The translations under genes and the position numbers were made by a program. DNA of 63,927 nt, counting the filler, from Atractiella rhizophila (lineage: Eukaryota), in assembly GCA_021432655.1 (NCBI GenBank). It is 4 parts of 4 records of this genome, joined end to end, with 100 filler letters (N's around TTAATTAATTAA, not from the genome) between each part and the next. Parts side by side here need not be neighbours in the genome. Positions count along the whole stretch, not along the records: positions 14,220 to 37,781 come from MU271457.1; positions 37,882 to 60,524 come from MU271469.1; 2 more parts are not named here. One strand, given 5' to 3'. A model generated the notes under the pieces. The model was not told where the DNA came from. It saw only the letters and a program-made list of their open reading frames with translations, and made no database searches. This document shows, in pieces, positions 35,390 through 47,224 of the stretch (positions within the stretch are counted from its first letter, which is position 1; every line of letters starts with the position of its first letter).

Positions 35390-37276
35390 CTACAAACCGA
35401 CGGGGGGAGGCACGGCGCTGTACGCTCCTTTGGCAGGAGTAGGAGGAGGCGGCGGAGCGCCATTGGATGGAGGAGGGGGAGGAGGTTGTTCAGTGCCCGG
35501 CTGAGGGGGTTGACCCGCCGCTCCTGGAGGGGGAGGAGGGGGATTTCCAGAAGCGAACTGTTGTGCGATTTGGACGTAGCTCGTTATGTACTATCATTAT
35601 CTCTCAATTAGCGACTGCCAGCCAATCACAGAGCAGAGGGAGAGGGGTACGGACCTGTTGAGCCCAGACCATGTATTGAGGATCGTTCAACAATCCAGTC
35701 CAATAAGTCTTCGCATCCCCCGTATAATTCGGCGGAGGGGGAACAGAAGCGCTCGCCTGTATATACCATTCCTTATACGCATCCTGTTGCGGGTCCGTCG
35801 CGCCTAACGTCGCACTGGTCGCATCCGAAGGCGGCGCAGGAGGGACCTCTGAACCAGGGGGAGGGGGAGGGGGAGCGCTGCCGTCTGGGGGAGGGGGCGG
35901 AGGCTGTTGGACGACGATGGGAGCGCCGTATCCCATGTAGATGGGCGGCGCTTGGGCGGGCTGCATCGGCGTGTTGTAGGTCTCGAGCAGCTGTCGGGCT
36001 TTGGACCATTCGTCCGTCACGACGGTGAGCAGGTCTTCGGCCCATTCGCGCGCTTTTTCAATCATCGCGTTGTCGGGGCCGCTGTTGCGTCTCTCAGAAT
36101 GAGGGAGGATAAGTTGAGGATGCAAACGTACGTGATGCTGATGTGCATGGGTTCATCGCTCTCTCTCCCTGTATCGGTCTCCAAGAATCCCGATCCTTGG
36201 CCTTTGATCTGAACTCTGGTCTGAGTCTCTCCTTGTATAAACTTGACGAATATTCCCTGCAGCGTTCTCATCAATGAGAGGGATGGCCGAGGAGAGGAGG
36301 GGCAAACGTACGCCGGGTCCAACGACCTTAGCCCTTACGTTAAAATTCCTCAAATTGTCCAACCCCACAGGCATCTTTTCCTCATGCCACTTCCTCTAAT
36401 AACCACAATCCTCTCTCAGCATGCGCCGAAAGGGGAGAGGAGATGAGAGAAGACGCACCCTGCCCCTCTCATCCTTCCTCTCCGTCAACGGCCCCATCTC
36501 CGTGTTGATCAGCTCCTCCACCTTCGCCACTCCCATCTGAAGGACCTCGAGAGTGGACGCGGTGATGTGGAGATACAAAGGAGGGGCGCCTTCGGTCGCT
36601 AAGCTCTTGTCTGGGTACCAATTGCCCTTGGTGGTCACGGTCGCGCCGGTGTCTTTGTGGATCTAGAGTGCAGAGAACAAATGAGAGAGGGTGAGTGGTG
36701 GGTGGGATGGGATGTGAGGAGCTAACCTAGAGAGGGGAGCGGCGTGAGTACATTGAAAAGAAAGAGGTTTGTCATAACGGAAGATTGCCGTGGAGGCAGT
36801 TGACACTACTTCTCGATGGCGTCTGCTCAGCGACAAGCCGTCAGCTCGTCCTCTCACTTGATGACGATACAAATAAGAAAATTCTCCTCTACCCTCTCCC
36901 TCCTCGTGGTGAAGTAGTGACAGCAAAACATACCTGACTCTGCGTCGTTCCCTTGGTCAACATGTACCTATTCCGAACATCGTTGATCTCCACATCCTTC
37001 ACAAACTCAGGATCCCCCGGTTCTCTCGCATCAGCAATATACTGTCCACCAACCGCCGACGGCGCAGGTTTCGTAGAGTACTGAGCCGCGATGCGTCTAG
37101 CAGCCTCCGCTATCACCAACATCGTGTCAGCATCTCATCTCCATCAAATACAAATACGGGAGTGAAGTATGGGAGAGAAACACACCAGCTGCGTCCAAAG
37201 CGTTGGACTCGAGTTTTGGCTGTTTCGAAGGCGGAGAAGCGCTCGGATCGTCCCATTTCCTTTTGCGGTCTGACAT
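35390..37276 (-). CDS. KH-domain splicing factor, KHDC4/BLOM7 orthologue, multi-exon
   Basis: MSDRKRKWD, EINDVRNRYMLTKG, PPLYLHITA, FNVRAKVVGP and VQIKGQGSGFLE..GRESDEPMHI. Pro-rich tail ..YSAVPPPVGL*. Confidence 0.92.
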
Positions 37277-37492
37277 TTTCTCTTGCTCCTCTTGCTGTCC
37301 TGCTGCTTCGCTGTCCTACTCCAAGACTCAAATGTACCTTCGCAAGGACGTGGTCGTTCCTGACACTCAGGTCAGGTTAGGGAATGCGGGTGGCAATTTT
37401 CACCACCTCACCTCAACCTACTAACAGTGGAGAGTGTAAAGATCAGGTATTGGATGATACATAGATGATACATAAGAGTGCGACAGAACAAC

Positions 37493-37781
37493 ATGCAGTC
37501 CCTCTCCGAGCGCTCATACCACCTCTCCTCGCTCGCTCTCCTTCGCTCTGACGGTCGCACCTCGAACGAGTTCCGCAAGCGCTTCATCTCTGTATGCTCT
37601 TTACTCCATCAGATATTCGAGAACGGTTTGATCAGTGGGGGATGGATAGCACGACGTATCGCCATTGGCTAATGGAAGCGCGCGCGTCGAGATCGGAGGG
37701 ACAGTGGTCGTAGCTGGTGTAAAGGTTGAAATAGAGCCAGGATCCACCGCACGGGTAGGAATCGACGTCGAAGTGTGAGGA
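37493..37781 (+). CDS. RRP42: Exosome RNase PH subunit (RRP42-like), 5' fragment cut by the gap
   Basis: LSERSY..RSDGR..FR; after an intron, PLANGSARVEIGGTVVVAGVKVE. Confidence 0.75.
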
Positions 37782-37881
37782 NNNNNNNNNNNNNNNNNNN
37801 NNNNNNNNNNNNNNNNNNNNNNNNNTTAATTAATTAANNNNNNNNNNNNNNNNNNNNNNNNNNNNNNNNNNNNNNNNNNNN
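37782..37881. other. Artificial contig spacer
   Basis: N block with TTAATTAATTAA. Confidence 0.97.
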
Positions 37882-38345
37882 TCTAGCTCATCCACAAATG
37901 CCAGTAATTACAGGTTGAATATAGCGTCTTGGGAGCAAATTAATCTGTTTGGACGAGCATGTCGGCTGAAGCCCAAGCTTCTAGCTCTTTGATCCCGAGG
38001 AGGGACAACTCCGAGAACGTATCACACCAACGTACTCACTGAATGGATTGATAGCTTCAGCATTCGCCAGGCTTTCCTGCGAGACCTGACCTGACAGGGG
38101 AACGGCCAAAGGACGTCCATGGCCGTGGACCGTTCAATTTCACCATCTCTGAACATCTGAACAATGTCTCCAGGGTGAAAATCGACGGGAAGATCCCCAA
38201 TGGTTGACCGATAATACAGACCCCAACTGATAAGAGGGTTGTTCATGAAAAACTCATCGTCTATCCACTCGTATCCATCGACTCCATTCCGTGTCCCTTT
38301 CTCCCTTTCAGTCCGGACTTCCAGCTTTATCTCTCATATCTCAAT
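37882..38345 (-). CDS. Hypothetical protein fragment running into the gap
   Basis: Open frame ..GYEWIDDEFFMNNPLISWGLYYRS..SIHS ending at a gtgagt donor. No family recognised. Confidence 0.3.
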
Positions 38346-39450
38346 GTTCGTTCTCTACACCTTGGACAGTCCGATAGTGCTATCTTAAGCCAAGATGATA
38401 AGATTGGGTGGATATGTGTCGAGTGAAAGCGTGAACTGCCCAACATCAATCGAAGCACGAAGCAATCTCTCATTCGTCATGATTTGAGCAGTCGTACTAG
38501 TTTAGCCGCAGCCGGACTAGGGTGTCTCATTCCCGACGGGCGTTTGGCGACGAGCAGTTACTCCAGTAGAACCTGATGAACAAGAAAAGGAGCATGAGCA
38601 TAACTTATAATGATACGGAAGGAGGATTAATCCCGAAGATCTTATAACATAAATCATCATAATGTGGTGTGATCACCAATCGCCAACCACTTTGTCTGTG
38701 GGTCCATCTTTCTGACTTTCTCGCTCGCAATGAACAGAGCACTCCTATCTGCTAGTCAACTGCAATTTGCAAGAGTCTTTTTGAATGAAGCACTGATTCC
38801 GCAAGGGTCGAGCATGGGCATATATTGCACCTTCCTGGTTGGCTCTTGAAGAGCAGGCAAATGTGAAGCCCTTTACTCCCTACGCCCTGAGAGAGAGTGG
38901 CAGCAGCTTGATTCAGAAATGTGCATTATGCATAGATTGTTTGGCGCAAAAGTCCACTGAGCCAATCGTGAAAACTGCTCCAAATTCAAGATTGTTTACG
39001 GTATCTATGTCCCTTGCCACGGTGCTCAGCTCGGCAGTCTATGACATCGAGCGCATGTCCAGAGGGCGGTTTTTGAGAGCTAGGTGTCTAGACATGGAGC
39101 ACGCAACAGTACAGAATAAGTACCATGGCCATACTCTTTAGCTCGTTTCAAACGCTCAGCAACGTCAGATGGGATGAAACCAGATGATTGTCGACGGACT
39201 TTTTGCATTTCCCCTCTGTGCTGGGAATTGACATCCCTCCCCCATGTGGCACGCCATAATGGTTGACGATGAGTAAAGGGGGACCGTTACACACTGGCAG
39301 AGGGAGAAATGGACGCGGGTGAGTTGTCAGTCCCGCTAGAGATATAAGACTCGCTATCTCGACTTTATCCTTGGATCTATTCTATTTACCCGTACCGTAT
39401 TTGACACTCTCTTCTTCGATCCCTTGACAATATCCGCTGTTCAAGTTATC

Positions 39451-40296
39451 ATGCTCACTAAATCTTTCTTCTCCATTTCCCTCCTTGTTGCAGGAGCTTT
39501 CGCCTCTCCTGCACCAGTCCAGAAACGTCAGTACGACGCGGATCTCAAGGCCGGAATTGTAGGTATTGGGGAAAAGTGGAATGAAATCGCCAAATTGGTG
39601 GAAAACACCAATATACCATATACAAATGGGAGCGGCGTCGCTTTCAGCTCCATTAAGGTACGCTTGTTTCTGTGTTACGACGAAGTTGACGACGTGATGT
39701 CCTTTGATGATATAGCCGGTCGCGACTGCTCTCGATCAGCTGGGAGACTACATCGCCACCGTTGTGAACGGTCCCATGCAGGTTCGCAATCTACCTTCCT
39801 ACGTTGCATCGAAAATGAAACTGACTGAGAGTTTTGAAGACCAATGGTGCATTCGTGAGCGAAGCGGAAGCCCAAGCGTACGTCGACGATGTCAGGGCCA
39901 ACGGTCCCACAGCCGTGAAGGTTGTGCAGGTAGTGATTAACAGGTCACCGCAAGTCATGGGTTAGGAACTCTGCTCGAGACGTCAGGTTGTCAACTGAAC
40001 GCGGTGTGCAGACATTGGGAAGCTTGACGGATATGGCGTCTACCTCTCAGCGCTTGACAAACTCGCCTGGGCGTATGGCGGACTCTATTCTATCTCTTTG
40101 AGAGTTCTCGTACGTCTATTCCTCCCATCCTGCGGTTAGAGGAAGTGACCCGTTCATTTAGCTCGTCGGATACGAGGACCTCCTCAACGGAGTTGAAGCG
40201 CCAAATGGACAGCTTGATCTCGTCAACAATGCTTACACTCTTTACAGCGCCGAATATAGGAAGGAGTTTAACCATGAGGTTTACGGCACGAAGTAG
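39451..40296 (+). CDS. Small secreted Cys-free protein with signal peptide and Kex2 site, 5 exons
   Basis: MLTKSFFSISLLVAGAFASPAPVQKR|QYD.. Manual splicing of 4 GT-AG introns gives an open frame to ..HEVYGTK*. TATA-like element at ~39343. Confidence 0.8.
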
Positions 40297-40329
40297 AGTA
40301 CGAAGGATGAGAGTTGAGTTGCGTGTTGC

Positions 40330-40560
40330 TAAAAACCCGGAAAAAAAACCCGACCAAACAAAAAGAGGCCAAAAAAAAAGAGAGGTAGAAAAAAAAATAA
40401 CATTACGACAAACAATACGCGGAGAGAGACAAAAACAACACAAAAACTCCCCACAAAAAAAAGCTCAAAACAGAAGAAAAAAGACGAAAAAACGACGAAA
40501 AAAAAGGGGAAAAAAAAAAGGAAAAAAAGGAAAATATCTTAATCCTACAAACAAACAGCT
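40330..40560. repeat. A-rich low-complexity tract
   Basis: ~230 nt of A runs, almost devoid of T, with an abrupt composition change. Confidence 0.85.
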
Positions 40561-40882
40561 CGAAGATGACAGAACACAAGTCTGAACGTATTCAAAACGA
40601 CCCTTGATTCGGGTATTGTTGCTGATTGCGAATTTGAAGCGAGACTACGAAATTGAGTTGGTTCGGGAATGTGAACTGCAAAAGACTAAGTGAACGGAAG
40701 AACGTATACTGGATGTTGCGTGTTACGGGTTATAAGATATGAACTGAAAGAATCGAGGCTGCCTTGAAGATGGGAAATGTGAAGCTAAACCTCGAATGTT
40801 CGTGTATGTATAGAAGGATGAAGGCGTTTCCACTCAGAGTAGACGATCCAATCGTGTGTTGACCGCTATCGAAGTGCTGGGT

Positions 40883-42967
40883 TCAAGGAACCATCAATGA
40901 CTTAACTTGGAGACGAATAGGAAAAGAAGGCATACATCTCTCCCATTCAGCTTCCAATGTCGCCTCTTCTAAGGCGATCGATCTCGCGATCGCTCTCCTC
41001 GTCCTCTCCTCCTTCGCCCTCCTCTCCTTATCCGCTCTCACTGCCGCCCACCTCTGAACGAGCACGCAGAACCCCTCCTTCCTGTCTTTCGCAAACTCAA
41101 ACTCCTTCTTCGCCCTCCTCAACTCCACAAGTTCCTCCGTCACCCTCGCTCTCCCTGGAGAACCAAAGGGTAAATCGAGTAAAGTTTCGACGTAGGCCTG
41201 CTGTCCCAAGAACTCGATTTTCTTCGATCGGAGGGAGGAGCAAAGGAACGAGAGTGCAGCGGTGTTCAGTACAGCACGACGCAAACAAACGTTCCTCGAA
41301 TTTTCCGTGTGGGCCATCGTTTCCAACCTCATCGTGAGCTGGTCTGGTGGTCCTGGAGGGACGTATCCTTTGGGGCTCCTCGCCGGGGGCAGGAGAGGAG
41401 AATACGGTGCGAAGGTCGTAAGAGGATGGAAGGCCTTGCCGTCTCTAATGTGAAGGGAACGCATTGAAATCGGTGCGGATTGCGGCACGCGATGCAGGTG
41501 AGAGAGCGGGAGGGGCTGGTGTCGAGTCGGTGGGGGGAAGACGGTGGGAATGAAGATTGGGATGTATCCTGTGACGTCGTCCATAGAACTGGTATCGTGT
41601 TGGGAGTATATAGAGGAGGGAGAGGATGGTACAGATGGAGAGCGCGGTGGCGGGAGGGGAAAGTTGACAGCGTTTGGATCAGAGAAAATATCTATCTCCT
41701 CTCCTTCCTCCTCTTCCTCTTCGTCCTCCTGGTCCTCATCGTCTTCATCTTCGCTCCCTTCCTCTTCCTCTTCGTCATCGGATGAATCGGAGAAGTGGCT
41801 CGAAGGGGATCTCGGTTCCCTAATCATCCATATTTTCTCCTCCTCTTCCTCCACTTCTTCTGGCAACGAAGACGCGGACGAGATGGGCGAGATAGTTGTT
41901 GCACCCTCATCGCTATTATTTGATCCATCAGAGGAGGACGATCCCATGATAGTATTCTCTTCGTCCTAGACACGTGGACATCAGCGCTCCGTCAACAAGG
42001 CACAAAGGACACAAAGGTCAAAAGATGAGGAGGGAGAACCCGAAAAATAGGAGACCTACTGATGCTGTTCCATTTATTTCCGCTTTCTCCTGCTCCTAAT
42101 AAAGAGTGAAGAAAATTTAGATCCAAGTTCAAGAAAGCTAAGTGAAGGTTGGGACGCACGTCCAAACATTCTGCATAACCTGAATCCCTCCTTTCAAGCG
42201 GCACCATCTTCTTCTCCATGCTCCTTCGGCACGTTCCCTCCTGCAGAGGTATAGGAGAGGTCAAAGAAAGGTGGGAGGCATGGACTGTGACCTGAGCCAC
42301 ATTGGAATGGCACAGACTCGACTCGTCCAATGCTTCTCTGAGAGCAGCCTTCGTATTACACTCTCAGTTTCTGCTCTGGAGGAACGGAGAAGTACTCACT
42401 TCCGGTTCGTTTTGATCATTGTCATCCTCATCAAGGTAAAATGCATTCCGACTCATCGGTCTCACGAGTTCCTCCTCAGCGTCTTCTGAGGATGATATGT
42501 AGCTATCATCTTCAGCGGAAGCTTGCGGCGGCGCGAGGTGATTCGATTCTTCGTCCTGACGTTTCTGTTTCTGTAAGGATTCAGTGGAGGTCTTTGGTGC
42601 CAATATGAAGAAGTGGTGTTCGGGAGCCTGCACACGCCGCTTGTATAAGGAACAAATTTATTCGAGGCGAGGAGTGAAAGAAACGGACCTGAGCCCTTTC
42701 GAATCGATTGCACCTCGTCTGATCCCTTTCTGCCTTCTCTCTCATAGATGTCCAAAATTCTCCCTCCTATACCAGCACATCAAAACTTCGATCCCCAACA
42801 ACAACAGAATAGGAGAAAGCCCTCACCTCTCCGACTCCTACTCCAGCTTCATTCAGCAACAATACCTCTTCCTCTTCCTCAAGTTCGAACGGATCCTCTT
42901 CCATCTCCATCTCCGAATCCGTTTGTGGACGTGGCGCAAAAGATTGACGAATTTCGAAGCAATCCAT
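40883..42967 (-). CDS. Hypothetical low-complexity acidic/Pro-rich protein with helical C-terminus, multi-exon
   Basis: 354-aa terminal ORF plus upstream exon-like ORFs separated by GT-AG signals. No domain recognised. Confidence 0.5.
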
Positions 42968-44076
42968 GCTCTGCTTTCTTCAACATAAAAATGAAGCAAA
43001 GCAACGTATAATCAAGCAAATCAAAAGTGCGAGATAATCAAGAAGATGCTGGGGTGGTGGGTTGGTTGCAAAGATGGTTTCAGCTGAAAACAAGGTACAA
43101 GCGAAGAAGAAAGTGGGAAAGGGGCAGCGTTCTCAGGAACAAAGGAAAGCGGGAAGCGCTGGATAAGCAATATTGATAATTAAGGCACGTAAATTAACGG
43201 AAAAAGAGGATGATGAAGAGAAAAAGAAGGAGGAAGAAGGGAGATGGGTTATAAGGGGGAGTGGACGATGAAAAGAAGGTCCAAGCAACTCAAAGACAAA
43301 GGAATGTTTGGACCAGCCATTTCGCGAGGATTTACGCGAGATAAGGTTAGGCGTGTTTGTCGATGTTATCGGCGGAGTTCCACATAAACGAGGCATATCT
43401 CCTCCAACATTCCATATTTGTGTTGTTTGGCATTTACCATCGTTATTATATTCCAGAGGTTCTCGGGGAGGACAACGGCTGTTAAGGACGAGACTTCCTC
43501 TCGCATAGCAAGGCGCAATGTTTGAGGTGCCAGAGAGATGCGCGCGACGAGAAGAAGTTGCTCAGGCGTTTCTGCCAATGTTGTTGCCTTGTAAAGTGAA
43601 TGATCGTGATCAATAAGTTCAAAAGGCATTCCATGCATTGAGTGCAATTAACCTTGAACACAATGTGCGGAACCGGATTCTCGCCAGCTTTCGTTTTTGG
43701 GGCTGCGAATCTTGGATTGGCGTTTGAGATCACGAATTTACAGCAGAATGACCTACTTTCCCAAGTATTTCTTCCATCTCGTAGCTTCAGCGATAACTCG
43801 GAATCAAGGCTGCCAAAGCCCATATTTGGATCGTCTCGGATCTATGCCACAGCAGTGCATAAATGTCACGTTCCACGATTCGGACTGGAGACGTTTTCGC
43901 ATAGCAGATAGATGAAAACACGACTTATTGCACAAGTACTGTGTTTACGCTACTCCGTGGTGTCCTTCAAGCAAAGCGTAACATCCTCAGGCGAATCAAT
44001 GCTGTGCATCATCAGATCATCATCATCAACCAACCTTCCCTTGAGTGGAGAGCAAACTCAATATCAATACGAAGGT

Positions 44077-45577
44077 ATGGCAGCCCCAGCAACTCAGCGC
44101 AGCCCGCTGGAGATCAGAGATAAGCTCCTGCTTTCCCAACTCCTGTACGCACACGGCAACAAGCCCAGTGTTCTCCTCCCCCTGCTGCACAACCATCCCC
44201 TCCTCACCGCAAACGCAAAAGGCGCGCTCTGGACCCCCACCTTCCTATCCTCCACCCTCCAAGCGCTCCTCTCCGAAGTCGGCTACGACTTCTCCCTCCT
44301 GAAAGATGAAGATTTGGGTCCCAAGTCCAAGCCGTTCCTGCTCATGAGCAGGATGTACTATTCGAAGAGGATGGTGGAGCTGAAGGACTTGATCAAGGCT
44401 CAGGAGACCGAGTTCGAGGTGTCGGTCAAGAGGATAGATGCTATCAGGTTCGGGAGGAACGATGAGGCCATACGACAGGAGTTGGCGAAAAGGAACAAAA
44501 ACAGAGCCGTCCCGCTCGAACAGTTGGGTGTGAGTGGAGGTGGAAGGGAAGGGAAGGAAATCGTGCAGCCTACATTCTCCAATCCCAAACCTTCACCAGA
44601 CATAATCGAGATCTCTGCTCCCCCCGCTGCTGCTCTTCCCACCACCGCCAACGCGAACGCCAACATGATCAACACTACGACGACAGCGAAGAAGGAAAAG
44701 AAGCAGCAGAAGAAACGCGAATCCACAACCGCCACCACTCCAGCACCGAGCGTGAGCGTGGCGAGTCCCAGCGTTGGTGGTATGGAGGAGGAAGACGCGG
44801 CAGAAGAGGAAGGTGGGAGTCCGAGTGTGGGGTTCAAGAGGAAGGGGAAGGTTGGTGCGTTTTTCTTCATGCTAGGAAAGCGGGTTGGCGTGCACAGTTG
44901 CTCCTTTAGCACTCAATAAGCTATGGAACGGTTGAAATGCTGCCCTGTCGCGTGCGATATGTGCTCCTCTGATGTATGCGGATAGGCGGAAACAAGAAGA
45001 AACGACGAGCGACTTCAGAAGCGGATGAAAGGTCGGTGAAGAAACCAAAAGCGGACGAAGTGCTCTCTCCCGCCCTCAGCGGTCCATCAAGCTCAACAAT
45101 AGGGACAGGAACGGCAACAGATCGTGCGTGTCCCTAGCATCATTTCCCATTGAGAACACGGAAAGCTAAACTAGGCGTGACACAGCGACGCTCCAAAAAT
45201 CGCTCGAGTCTCTCTGTCGCTCCCTATTGCTCCCCTCCGCCTCCCACATCTTCCACCTACCGGTGAAACGGACGGAAGCGCCGAATTACTATTCGGTCAT
45301 TCACCGACCTACTGATTTGAAGACTATCACGAAGAAGGTGAAAGAGGGAGGGATCACTTCGCCCGACGAACTTAGGAGGGATCTCCTGCTCATGACTGCC
45401 AATTCTGTCATGTTTAATAGGAGGAAGACGGAGTTTATGAGGGATGCGGAGGAGATGTCGAAGGAGGTGGAATTGTGAGTGTGGAAGTCTAGAGATCGGG
45501 TAGGCGATGCTGATGTGTCCTTTGTTGTGTCACGTATCGGCAGGGCGATGGATAGGTTTGCACAGAGGACGCTATGA
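44077..45577 (+). CDS. Bromodomain protein, BRD8/Bdc1-like
   Basis: N-terminal DKLLLSQLLY..LHNHPLL with a coiled coil. C-terminal bromodomain IFHLPVKRTEAPNYYSVIHRPTDLKTI..RDLLLMTANSVMFN. Confidence 0.85.
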
Positions 45578-45849
45578 GTTTCGTTAAGGTGATTATTTGG
45601 AATGGGACAAGGTTTGAAAGGGAGGTTCGGATGTGAGTCTCCCCTCCATTCTAAATGCAACCCATTGATCCATGAACAGCCCCCCCTTGTATTTGTTCTT
45701 TGGGTGCAGGAGGATTGGAAAAGTCATCGATCTAGCACTCGTCTGCCCGAAAATGTCGCTGCGAGTTTGACCGCATTGACGCGTACCTACTGAAATGATC
45801 TTGCAGCCATGAATCTGCATGCACTAGGGCCTGAGATGCATCAATTCAT

Positions 45850-46941
45850 TTAGAGCCCACTCCCGCGAACAGCATCCATCAACTTCAAATGAGCATCCTT
45901 GGCCTTCTGTGCGTACTCCTTCAGATCGTATTCCTTTCCCTTCCCATCTTCTCCGCCATCAAAAACTTCATACGAGAACCATCCGCGAAAACCAGTCTGC
46001 ATGACAGCCTTTGTGACCTCCACCACTGGCAGATAGCCTCCATCAAAAGGCAACGGTCTGAAATCGTGGCTCCACCTCCCCCTCGGACGCAGACCTGCCT
46101 CGTCTGCAGAGTCGCTGAATGGCTCTTTGGGTTTATACGCGTCTGAAATCTGAAGCAAGTAGATTTTCTCCTTTGGTATCGTTCGACCAAGTTCCTGTAA
46201 GCTGCTCGAAAACCGTTCCTCCAGTTCTTCCTTCGAGACGTCTTCAAGAATACCTGAAGCCGTTGTAGGATCTCCCCATTCCCCGCCTGCCGTTTGGAAG
46301 GTATCGAGACAAAGACCCACGTTGGGTCTATCCACCTTTTGGACGATGTCCCAAACATCCTTCCAACCCGGAGCGTGTGTGGACCAACACCAATTCTCGT
46401 AGCACATTCGAAAGTTCTTTTCAGCTAGCAGATCCGCCAACTGTCGAAGGTCGGAGACGAAGCGATTTCGATCCATGCCAATTTTGGATGCGGGAGAATC
46501 TGAAGATCCGACCTGAACACGGTTTTGAGGATGGCTTCTGCTGGTGTGAAGGATCAAGGAGGAACGCACCTGCAACATATCTGTCCCGCAAGCTTCCATG
46601 ATTGCTATCCACCCTCTCGCTCTCTCAAACGCGTCCTTCCTCTCTTCCGATCCCTCTCCCCATCCCTCGAAATTCGCGAATGGCTGCAACATCAGAATCC
46701 CCAGTCCTCTCTCATCCGTCATCCTCTTGATCTCTCTAGCCGTAGCGCACAACTCTTCCCAATCTTTCTCGCTTACTTTCTTCCCCAGATGTTGAGAGCC
46801 AAAGGTGAGGATGTCAGGCATGGAGAGCTCGATGGCGGCGAAACCGGCTGAGGAAATGGCATCGAGCTTCTTCGGCAAGGTATGCGATGGGTTGTTCCCT
46901 ATCGAGCATGTTGCGAAAGAGATTGGGATATTGGCAGACAT
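45850..46941 (-). CDS. 3-dehydroshikimate dehydratase (qa-4/qutC type, xylose-isomerase-like TIM barrel)
   Basis: SFATCSIG, LQPFANFEG, YENWCWSTH, VDRPNVGLCLDTF, LLQISDA and WSHDFRPLP. One 57-nt in-frame intron at ~46512-46568. Confidence 0.85.
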   Translation of the reverse strand: MSANIPISFATCSIGNNPSHTLPKKLDAISSAGFAAIELSMPDILTFGSQHLGKKVSEKDWEELCATAREIKRMTDERGLGILMLQPFANFEGWGEGSEERKDAFERARGWIAIMEACGTDMLQVRSSLILHTSRSHPQNRVQVGSSDSPASKIGMDRNRFVSDLRQLADLLAEKNFRMCYENWCWSTHAPGWKDVWDIVQKVDRPNVGLCLDTFQTAGGEWGDPTTASGILEDVSKEELEERFSSSLQELGRTIPKEKIYLLQISDAYKPKEPFSDSADEAGLRPRGRWSHDFRPLPFDGGYLPVVEVTKAVMQTGFRGWFSYEVFDGGEDGKGKEYDLKEYAQKAKDAHLKLMDAVRGSGL

Positions 46942-47224
46942 TGGTGCTTGGCTGCTTTTCTTTCTTCCTTATTTTGAAACCGCCTTCAAGGGAGAGGCAG
47001 GGAGGCAGGGTTTTATAATAGAAGCGGATGAAGCAAGATGAGTTCATAGATGATATCATGATAAATGGACGCGTCGCGTTTTTGTTGTGCACGTGACCAG
47101 ATATTATGAGTCCAATCCAGTCTACAGTCTAACAATGTTGTAAATGGATGTCTTACATCTTGTGTTAGATCAAGGCTATCTTCAAGTGGAGAAATTGCAG
47201 CCGAACGAATATTATACTACAATA

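Noticed and set aside
40145..40585. Lys-rich 146-aa ORF
   Set aside because: It is a translation of the A-rich tract and overlaps the true last exon in another frame.
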